Shown in pieces: positions 8,750 through 16,366 of a DNA stretch of 64,000 nt. The position numbers and the translations under genes were made by a program. The notes beneath the pieces were generated by a model. It had not been told where the DNA came from, did not search any database, and saw nothing but the letters and a program-made list of their open reading frames with translations. Location: the NCBI GenBank assembly GCA_963812035.1, contig CAWETG010000010.1:323534-387533 (forward strand), read 5' to 3'. Within the stretch, counting starts at the first letter, position 1. The number at the start of each line of letters is the position of its first letter. Origin of the DNA: an uncultured Gemmatimonadales bacterium. GTDB lineage: Bacteria > Gemmatimonadota > Gemmatimonadetes > Gemmatimonadales > JACORV01.

Positions 8750-11264
8750 CCGACGGTCGCAGCGCCAGCAGATTGGCGAACAACCGATAGGCTCCCGGCA
8801 CGTCGCCCGGCAGCTGCCGGAAGAAGCTCAGCCCCGTGTACACGTACAGGCCTCGGCCGAGGCGGGCGACCAGGAGGCCACCGTCCAGTTTCTCGCCGTT
8901 GTCGCCCGTCTCGAGCATCGGGTGGTACGCCGGATCCCACGTGTGCGCGAAGTACAGCCCCCGCTCCTGCAGCCAGCCGTCCCAATCGGACGCGCCGATG
9001 GCGTTGGGAGCGCTCCACAGGGCGCTCGACGGGTCGAGCAGCGTGACGGGGGCCGTCTCGTCCGTGACCCGGTCGTGCGGATTGGCGATCGTGAAGGGAT
9101 AGGCGGCGTACCCGCTCCGCACGAACGGGTACTGTTGATACTGCACGATGAGCCGCCCTCCCTGGCGGACGTAGTCGAGCAGCCGCCCGTTGGACGCGAC
9201 CAGGCTGGGCTCCGTCTGGTACGCACGGCTGCCGACGACGATGACGTCGTAGGTGGAGAGGTCGGCCTTCTCGAGGTCCGCCGGGCCAAGCACCACGATG
9301 GGGACGCCCACCGACTGGAGCGCTTCCGGCACCTGATCCGCCGCCCCGCGCACGTAGCCGACCCGCGCCAGATTCGGCAGCACGAGATCCGCCCGCTCGA
9401 TCGTGAGTTCGGCGGTGCGCACGTACGGCACCGGCCGGATGTGCGGGTAGTCCACCAGCTCGGTCGCGCGATCATAGCGGGTGCCGCCCAGGACGGCCGC
9501 GGCGCGGACCGTGAACCGGCCGGCGGGCGCGCTCCGCGGCACCGCGAGCTCGAAGGTGTAGCTGCGCTGCGTGTCTTCGCCCTCGAGCGCGAACGCTTGC
9601 GCCGGCACCGCCGGCCAGCCCTCGGGCAGCTCGAGCCGCACCTCGCCGGCCGCGCGAGCGCGCAGGCCGTTGGTCAGCGTGACCGTGACGCTGCGCGTCC
9701 CCTCGGCGGCGACGGGCCAGACCATCGCTGAGGGTGAGATCTCCACGCCCACTGCCGGCACCACGAACAGCGGGCGCCGGGTCTCGCCGCTCACCTCGTC
9801 GTCGTAGCGGTACGCCACCTCGCGCCGCAGCGTCACCGGCACCCCGGCGATCGTGGTCGCCAGGCGCGCGAACACGGGCGGCGGCTGGAACGGCTCACCA
9901 CGCAGTTCCTCCGGCACGCCCGACCAGTCATACAGGCCGTCCGCCAGCGGCTGGGCGAGGAAGTAGGGCTCGGTGAGCGGCGCGTCGGACGCCACCGTGA
10001 GCGTGAATCGGCGCGCGTCCACCCCGCGTGCCTCGGCCGAGAAGAAGCCGCCCGCGGTCGGCGCGGCCGCCGGCCCTCCCGGTTCCACTCCCCAGCCGGG
10101 TGGCGCCTCGACCGCGGCGCTGTCGAGCCGCGCCGGCTGCGCGCCGGCTCCCCACAGCGCGGCCACCACGGAGAACCGCTCGCCCGCGACGAGACGCGAG
10201 TCGTCGGCGATCGCGTCGGCTACGACGCCCGCCGCCGTCGCGAGGGCTTCCTCGAGCAGCGGCTCCTTGCGCGCCCGGAAATCCGACCGGGCTGCGCGGC
10301 GGAGCTCGACCAGGGCCGCGGCCAGGAGCGGCACGATGCGCGCCGGGTCGCTCGGCGTGAGAGACGCCCGGGCGGAGTCGATCAGCGCGGCGTAGCGCGC
10401 CAGCGGAGGCGCCAGCGCCGTGTCGACGCCGGCGAACACGGCTCCCGCACCCCGGCCACCGGTCAGGTCCTCGACCAGCATCAGCCGAGTCACCGACGGA
10501 CCCATGTCCTGGAGCCGCCCCATAGCCTGCGACCGGTGCAGGCTGCGCGCGGCCATCGCGAGCTGGTGATACGACTGGCCCGAGATCGGGTCCAGCGAGC
10601 CGGTGGCCAGGACCACCGTCGTGCCCGCCGTGTCGAACCGGGCGGACCGGTACAGCTTGCGCGGGCCCCAGGTCGAATCGCGCAGCAGGTCGAACGCCTC
10701 CCGGGCCACGACCCCCGACGCCTGGTGCTGGCCGTGCCCGTCGCGCGGCGTGCCGGAGAAGATCGAGACCAGCACCTGCGGCCGGAACCGGCGGATCACC
10801 CGCAGCACGTCGGCCAGGAGCGTGTCGCGCGGCCAGAAGCGCAGCGTCTCGTCGAGCGTCTTCGAGAAGCCGAAGTCGAACGCGCGGGTGAAGTACTGGT
10901 GCGCGCCGTCCACCCGGCGCGCAGCCAGCAGCTCCTCGGTGCGGAGCAGGCCGAGCGACTCCCCGAGCTCCGATCCGATCAGGTTCTGGCCCCCGTCGCC
11001 GCGCGACAGCGACAGGTACGCCGCGTCGGCTCCCGTCCCCCGGGCGAGGAAGGTCAACAGCTCGGTGTCCTCGTCGTCGGGGTGGGCCCCGATCACCAGG
11101 ACACGCTTGTTCTGATCGAGCGAGCGCAGCGCCCGGTCGAGGGCGGCGATGCCTCCCGTCCCCGCCGGCCTGAGCGGCTGCGCGGCGAGACCGTGGGCGG
11201 CGGCGGCGATCAGCCCGGCGGCGAGCGCCAGGCGCCGGGCGGCAGGAGCGATGCAGGTCGTCAT
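8739..11264 (-). CDS. large secreted PIG-L/LmbE-family deacetylase domain protein
   Basis: Track ORF 8739..11459 trimmed to ATG 11264, giving signal peptide MTTCIAPAARRLALAAGLIAAAAHGLAAQ. Has the LmbE motif VLVIGAHPDDEDTE...LSRGDGGQN and a long C-terminal extension. Its 3' end overlaps the SBP start by 11 nt. Confidence 0.8.
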   Translation of the reverse strand: MTTCIAPAARRLALAAGLIAAAAHGLAAQPLRPAGTGGIAALDRALRSLDQNKRVLVIGAHPDDEDTELLTFLARGTGADAAYLSLSRGDGGQNLIGSELGESLGLLRTEELLAARRVDGAHQYFTRAFDFGFSKTLDETLRFWPRDTLLADVLRVIRRFRPQVLVSIFSGTPRDGHGQHQASGVVAREAFDLLRDSTWGPRKLYRSARFDTAGTTVVLATGSLDPISGQSYHQLAMAARSLHRSQAMGRLQDMGPSVTRLMLVEDLTGGRGAGAVFAGVDTALAPPLARYAALIDSARASLTPSDPARIVPLLAAALVELRRAARSDFRARKEPLLEEALATAAGVVADAIADDSRLVAGERFSVVAALWGAGAQPARLDSAAVEAPPGWGVEPGGPAAAPTAGGFFSAEARGVDARRFTLTVASDAPLTEPYFLAQPLADGLYDWSGVPEELRGEPFQPPPVFARLATTIAGVPVTLRREVAYRYDDEVSGETRRPLFVVPAVGVEISPSAMVWPVAAEGTRSVTVTLTNGLRARAAGEVRLELPEGWPAVPAQAFALEGEDTQRSYTFELAVPRSAPAGRFTVRAAAVLGGTRYDRATELVDYPHIRPVPYVRTAELTIERADLVLPNLARVGYVRGAADQVPEALQSVGVPIVVLGPADLEKADLSTYDVIVVGSRAYQTEPSLVASNGRLLDYVRQGGRLIVQYQQYPFVRSGYAAYPFTIANPHDRVTDETAPVTLLDPSSALWSAPNAIGASDWDGWLQERGLYFAHTWDPAYHPMLETGDNGEKLDGGLLVARLGRGLYVYTGLSFFRQLPGDVPGAYRLFANLLALRPSDVP

Positions 11265-11382
11265 GGAAGCGAACAACCTAACCAGGGGGCGCCCCTTCCG
11301 CTCGGGTGCCGGGTGCTGCAGGATTGGCTGCATCCCCGGGACCCCAGAACCGCGCAACTCCTGTCGAGCGAGGTGCCGCACC

Positions 11383-11841
11383 ATGGCCATCAACGGACGT
11401 CGTGTCTGGCTGGGAGCGCTGATCGGCGGAATCGTCTTCTTCATCTGGAGCATGGTCATGGAGTTCGGCGTGTCCTACGCATTCGTGGGCAAGGTGCGCA
11501 TGGACATCGCGATGAACGCGGGCTGGTTCCTCAAGGAGCCGCGCATCCCGCCCGTACTCTTCCTGATCATCTGGACGGTCTCGCTGTTCGTCATCTCCTA
11601 CGGCCTGGCGTGGGCGTACGCTGCCATGCGCGCCACGGCCGGCGCCGGACCCGGCACGGCCGCCAAGCTCGGCCTGATGGTCGGGTTCACCGCCGGGTTC
11701 CCGCTGGAATTCGCGCACTCGGTGTTTCAGCCGCTGACCGCGCGCTACGGGATACTCTGGATGGTCGAGATGGCCGTGGGCTGCATCCTGGCTGCCCTGG
11801 CGGCAGGCTGGATGTACCGGGACGCGCCGCCGGCGCCCTGA
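11383..11841 (+). CDS. small integral membrane protein, unknown function
   Basis: Track ORF 11149..11841 trimmed to ATG 11383 (MAINGRRVWLGALIGGIVFFIW...). Four hydrophobic segments. The upstream part of the track ORF overlaps the divergent gene. Confidence 0.5.
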   Translation: MAINGRRVWLGALIGGIVFFIWSMVMEFGVSYAFVGKVRMDIAMNAGWFLKEPRIPPVLFLIIWTVSLFVISYGLAWAYAAMRATAGAGPGTAAKLGLMVGFTAGFPLEFAHSVFQPLTARYGILWMVEMAVGCILAALAAGWMYRDAPPAP

Positions 11842-11844
11842 GCG

Positions 11845-13014
11845 ATGAGCCCAAGCGAATCGGCGGGGCCCGGAGCGGAGGCACTCGCGGTCTGGCGCCG
11901 CGAGTTCCCGATCCTCGCCAGCACGACGTATCTCATCTCCAACTCCCTCGGCGCGATGCCGCGCGCCGCGGCCACCGCGCTCGACCAGTATGCCCAGACC
12001 TGGGCCAAGCGCGGGGTGCGGGCGTGGGAGGAGGGCTGGTGGGAGATGCCGGTAGTGGTGGGTGACATGGTCGCGGCGGTCATCGGCGCTCCCAAGGGCA
12101 CGGTGACCATGCAGCAGAACGTGACCATGGCCGAAGCGATCGTGCTCTCGTGCTTCGAGCCCCGCGGGCCGCGCAACAAGATCGTGTTCGAGGACGGGAA
12201 CTTCCCCTCGGTCCAGTACCTGTACGCCGCGCAGCCCGGGCTGCGGATCGAGGCCGTGCCGGTCGAGCGCCTGGTGGAGGCCATCGACGACCAGACGCTG
12301 CTCGTGCCCATCTCGCACGTGCTGTTCAAGGACAGCTACGTCCAGGACGTGCCCGCCATCGTCGAGCGGGCCCATCGCGTCGGGGCGCACGTCATCCTCG
12401 ACGTCTACCAGTCCGCCGGCGTGCTGCCGTTCGACGTCGCCGAGCTGGGCGTGGACTTCGCCGTCGGCGGCTGCGTCAAGTGGTTGTGCGGCGGCCCGGG
12501 CAACGGGTTCCTCTACGTCCGGCCGGATCTCGCGCGTCTCGCGCCCAGGCTCACGGGCTGGATGGCGCACGCCGCGTCGTTCGCCTTCGAGCCGGCGCCC
12601 ATCCGTTACGCCGAAGGGCCGTTCCGCTTCCTCAATGGCACGCCGTCCATCCCCTGCCTCTACGCCGCCATCGAGGGACTGAAGATCGTGCGCGAGGTCG
12701 GCGTGGCGGCGGTGCGCGAGCACTCGGTCCGGCTGACGGAGCGGTTGTTGCACCGCGTCGACGAGTGCGGCTTCCGCTCCGTCACGCCGCGCGACCCGGC
12801 GCGGCGCGGCGGCACGGTGGCTGTGGACCCGCCGGACGCGCAGGGCATCAGTCGCCGGCTCCTGGAGCGGGACTTCCTCATCGACTACCGCCCGGGCGCG
12901 GGCATTCGCATCGCGCCGCATTTCTACAACACCGAAGACGAGTGCGACGCGATCATCGCCGAGATCGCGGCGCTCGCTGCCGGCCGACCCGGCCTCCGCG
13001 CCACCCGGCACTAG
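11845..13014 (+). CDS. kynU: kynureninase-family PLP enzyme (aminotransferase class V fold)
   Basis: 389 aa. YLISNSLGAMP, GCVKWLCGGPGNGFLYV (PLP-Lys region), TGWMAH, GTPSI and IDYRPGAGIRIAPHFYN line up with conserved kynureninase blocks. Confidence 0.75.
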   Translation: MSPSESAGPGAEALAVWRREFPILASTTYLISNSLGAMPRAAATALDQYAQTWAKRGVRAWEEGWWEMPVVVGDMVAAVIGAPKGTVTMQQNVTMAEAIVLSCFEPRGPRNKIVFEDGNFPSVQYLYAAQPGLRIEAVPVERLVEAIDDQTLLVPISHVLFKDSYVQDVPAIVERAHRVGAHVILDVYQSAGVLPFDVAELGVDFAVGGCVKWLCGGPGNGFLYVRPDLARLAPRLTGWMAHAASFAFEPAPIRYAEGPFRFLNGTPSIPCLYAAIEGLKIVREVGVAAVREHSVRLTERLLHRVDECGFRSVTPRDPARRGGTVAVDPPDAQGISRRLLERDFLIDYRPGAGIRIAPHFYNTEDECDAIIAEIAALAAGRPGLRATRH

Positions 13015-13565
13015 TGCCGCAGGTCTACGACATTTCGCTGCCGGTGGCGCCGGGCACCTGGGTGTGGCCCGGCGACCGGCCGTACGAACGCGCCTGGACC
13101 TCCCGCCTCGCGGAGGGGGCGGCGTGCAACGTCGGCGAGATCGCGCTGAGCTGCCATACCGGAACCCACATCGACGCCCCGTACCACTTCGCCGAGGACG
13201 GCGCGACCGTCGAGGCCGTTCCGCTCGAGGCCTGCGTCGGCACCGCAGTGGTGCTGCCGCTGGCGCGCCTCGCCGGAACGACCGCCGAGCGGGTCCTGGT
13301 GCGCGCAGGCGGGGAGGCGCCCGCCCTGGCGGCGATCGAGCCGTTGCGACAGCTGCGGCTGTTCGGCATCGATGGACCTTCAGTGGACTCGAAGGAGAGT
13401 CCGGCACTCGACGTGCACCACGCGCTGTGGCGGCGGGGCGCCGTGATCCTCGAGGGGCTCGACCTCTCGGCCGTGCCCGACGGGGAATACCAGCTGATCG
13501 CCCTGCCCCTGAAGCTGGTGGGCATGGACGCGTCACCCGTACGCGCGATCCTGATCGCCCCGTGA
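13014..13565 (+). CDS. kynB: kynurenine formamidase / cyclase-family arylformamidase
   Basis: GTG 13014 overlaps the kynU stop (TAGTG). The HTGTHIDAPYHF metal-binding motif is typical of the cyclase/KynB family. In frame within track ORF 12150..13565. Confidence 0.75.
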   Translation: MPQVYDISLPVAPGTWVWPGDRPYERAWTSRLAEGAACNVGEIALSCHTGTHIDAPYHFAEDGATVEAVPLEACVGTAVVLPLARLAGTTAERVLVRAGGEAPALAAIEPLRQLRLFGIDGPSVDSKESPALDVHHALWRRGAVILEGLDLSAVPDGEYQLIALPLKLVGMDASPVRAILIAP

Positions 13566-14950
13566 CGCTCGCCCCGCGTCCCCGCTCGCTGCTGATCCGG
13601 GATCTCCAGCTCCTGGTCACGATGGACGCCCGCGGCCGCAAGCTCGCGGGCGGCTACCTCTACGCCGAAGATGGCGAGATCAAGGCGGTGGGCACGCGAG
13701 TGCCGCCCCGTCTCCGGGCGGAGCGCACCATCCGCGCGCCGTTCGCCGTCGCCGTCCCCGGACTGGTGAACGCGCACCACCACCTCTGCCAGACCCTCAC
13801 CCGCGCCCACCCCGGAGCCGCAGACGCGAAGCTGTTCGATTGGCTGACGACGCTCTACCCCGTCTGGGCGGGCCTCGACGAGGAGGCGGTGCATCTCGCG
13901 GCCCTGGTCGGCATGGCGGAGCTGATGCTCTCGGGCTGCACGACCACCTCGGACCATCACTACCTCTTCCCGCGCGGCCAGACGCGGCTGATCGACGCGG
14001 AGATCGCCGCCGCGCGCCAGATCGGCATCCGCTTCCATGCGACTCGCGGCAGCATGAGCGTCGGCCAACGACACGGCGGGCTTCCGCCCGACGACGTCGT
14101 CCAGGACGAGGACGAGATACTCGCCGACAGCGAGCGCGTGATCCGGACCTATCACGACCCGCGGCCCGGCGCGATGCTGCGGGTGGGGCTCGCGCCCTGC
14201 TCGCCGTTCTCCGTCTCCGCGCGGCTGATGCGCGAGACCGCGGCGCTGGCGGAGCGCCACGACGTGCGCCTCCACACGCACCTGGCCGAAACGCAGGACG
14301 AGGAGGCGTACTGCCTGCGGCGATTCCGGCGGCGGCCGGTGGAGTTCCTGGCCGACGCGGGCTGGATCAGCGACCGCGTGTGGGTCGCGCACGGCGTGCA
14401 CTTCAACCGCATAGAGATCAGGCGCCTGGGACGCGCCCGGGTCGGGGTCGCGCACTGCCCCACATCCAACATGCGGCTCGGCTCGGGCATCGCGCCGGTG
14501 CACGCGCTCGCCCGGGCGGGCTGCCCGGTCGGCCTGGGGGTGGACGGCAGCGCCTCGAACGACAGCTCGCATCTGCTGGCGGAGGCGCGGCAGGCGCTCC
14601 TCCTCGGCCGCGTGGCCCGCGGCGCCGACGCCGTGAAGGTGGACGACGCCCTGCGAATGGCCACGTTGGGGGGCGCGGCCTGCCTGGGCCGCGACGATAT
14701 CGCCTCGCTCGAACCGGGGAAGCGCGCGGATGTCGCGCTGTTCGACCTCCGGGACCTGGGGTACAGCGGGGCCGGCGACCCGCTCCTCGGGCTGCTCTTG
14801 TGTGCCCCCACGCGGGTCCACACGTTGGTGGTCGACGGCCGGCCGGTGGTCGAAGACGGCGAGCTGCGCACGCTCGCCCTGGAGACCGTACAGGCACGCC
14901 ACCGCCAAGCGGCGGTGCGCCTGCTCGCCAGGTCCCGGCGCCGGCGCTAG
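13562..14950 (+). CDS. amidohydrolase, 8-oxoguanine deaminase / SsnA-related subfamily
   Basis: GTG 13562 overlaps the kynB stop (GTGA). PGLVNAHHHLCQTLTRA, HTHLAET and GVDGSASND are motifs of COG0402 cytosine/guanine/8-oxoguanine deaminase-type enzymes. Confidence 0.75.
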   Translation: MTLAPRPRSLLIRDLQLLVTMDARGRKLAGGYLYAEDGEIKAVGTRVPPRLRAERTIRAPFAVAVPGLVNAHHHLCQTLTRAHPGAADAKLFDWLTTLYPVWAGLDEEAVHLAALVGMAELMLSGCTTTSDHHYLFPRGQTRLIDAEIAAARQIGIRFHATRGSMSVGQRHGGLPPDDVVQDEDEILADSERVIRTYHDPRPGAMLRVGLAPCSPFSVSARLMRETAALAERHDVRLHTHLAETQDEEAYCLRRFRRRPVEFLADAGWISDRVWVAHGVHFNRIEIRRLGRARVGVAHCPTSNMRLGSGIAPVHALARAGCPVGLGVDGSASNDSSHLLAEARQALLLGRVARGADAVKVDDALRMATLGGAACLGRDDIASLEPGKRADVALFDLRDLGYSGAGDPLLGLLLCAPTRVHTLVVDGRPVVEDGELRTLALETVQARHRQAAVRLLARSRRRR

Positions 14951-15087
14951 GTCGGGCCGGCACCGCGCGAGCGCCGCTTGACGCCTGCGTGACGCTCGCC
15001 CGGTACATGCGGAGGGTGGCTCACACCCGCCGCGACCTCGCCTGCCGTGCCGCTGCCCCACACGATGGCCTCTCTGAGGAGTCGGCC

Positions 15088-16323
15088 ATGGACGCCCTCG
15101 CACTGGATCACCAGAGCCTGTACCGGCTGCCGTGGAGCATGGCCGACAACGCGATCGCCTGGTACGAGCCCACGGCGATGTGCAACCTGGCGTGCGAGGG
15201 ATGCTACCGGGAGAACGTGAATGGGTCCCACAAGCCCCTCGACCTGATCCGCAGGGAGCTCGACGTCTTCCAGCGGTTGCGCACGTCGGACTGCATGAAC
15301 ATCGCCGGCGGCGACCCCCTCCTGCACCCGCAGATCGTGGACATCGTCGCCGAGGTGAAGCGGCGCGGCTGGAAACCGATCGTCGTGACCAACGGGATCC
15401 TGCTCACGCCCGAGCTGCTCAAGGACCTGCAGCGCGCCGGCGCGTTCGGGTTCACGTTCCACGTCGACAGCAAGCAGGGTCGTCCGGGGCCGTGGCGGAA
15501 CAAGAGCGAGCTGGAGCTGAACGAGCTGCGTTACCAGTACGCCGCGATGCTGGCCGACGCCGGCGGGCTCGTCTGCACCTTCGATTGCACGGTGTACGAC
15601 GACACGCTGCGCGACGTGCCCGGCCTGGTCGCGTGGGCGCACCGGAACATCGACATCGTCCAGAACATGGTCTTCATCGCGGTCCGCCTGCTGCCCGCGG
15701 ACCTGCCCTTCGACTGGCTGGTGGACGGCAAGCCAGTCGCGCGTGACGACGTGGGCTATGGTGCGGGCCGGGCGCACGCCCCAGATCTGCGGTCCACCGA
15801 TCTCCTGCGGGTGGTGCGCGAGCAGTTCCCGGACTTCGCTCCGTGTGCCTACCTCAACGGCACGGTGCAACCCGACACCTGCAAGTGGATGCTCACCGAG
15901 CGCGTCGGGACCAGGCGCGAGATCTTCGGCTACGCCGGTCCGAAGTTCCTGGAGATGGTGATGACCGCGCATCACTTCCTGACCGGGAAGTACCTGTCGC
16001 ATCTCCCCCCGAGACCGCGGGGGGTGCGTGCGGCCATCCTCGCGCTTTGGCCGTTCGACCGGGGATTGCGCCGGGCGGCCGGCCGGATGCTGGCCTCGCT
16101 GGTCCGCAGGCCGTCCGGGCTCTTCGGCCGCGCCTACTTTCAGACCGTGATGTTCATCCAGCCGGTGGATTTCCTGCCGGGCGGGGAACAGAACATGTGC
16201 GACGGCTGCCCCGACATCACGATCTGGGAGGACAAGCTGGTCTGGTCGTGCCGGCTCGGGGAGCTGGTGCGGTTCGGGACGTTCCTGACGAGCCGGCCGC
16301 GCGAGGTGCCGCCGGCAGCATAA
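15088..16323 (+). CDS. radical SAM domain protein, unknown substrate
   Basis: Track ORF 13840..16323 trimmed to ATG 15088 (GAGGA 7 nt upstream). CNLACEGCY is a CxxxCxxC cluster motif. The C-terminal Cys-rich segment is MCDGCPD...WSC. Confidence 0.8.
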   Translation: MDALALDHQSLYRLPWSMADNAIAWYEPTAMCNLACEGCYRENVNGSHKPLDLIRRELDVFQRLRTSDCMNIAGGDPLLHPQIVDIVAEVKRRGWKPIVVTNGILLTPELLKDLQRAGAFGFTFHVDSKQGRPGPWRNKSELELNELRYQYAAMLADAGGLVCTFDCTVYDDTLRDVPGLVAWAHRNIDIVQNMVFIAVRLLPADLPFDWLVDGKPVARDDVGYGAGRAHAPDLRSTDLLRVVREQFPDFAPCAYLNGTVQPDTCKWMLTERVGTRREIFGYAGPKFLEMVMTAHHFLTGKYLSHLPPRPRGVRAAILALWPFDRGLRRAAGRMLASLVRRPSGLFGRAYFQTVMFIQPVDFLPGGEQNMCDGCPDITIWEDKLVWSCRLGELVRFGTFLTSRPREVPPAA

Positions 16324-16366
16324 AGCCCGGCCGCCAGTCACGAACCCGCGCCGGGCGGGCAGCGCG

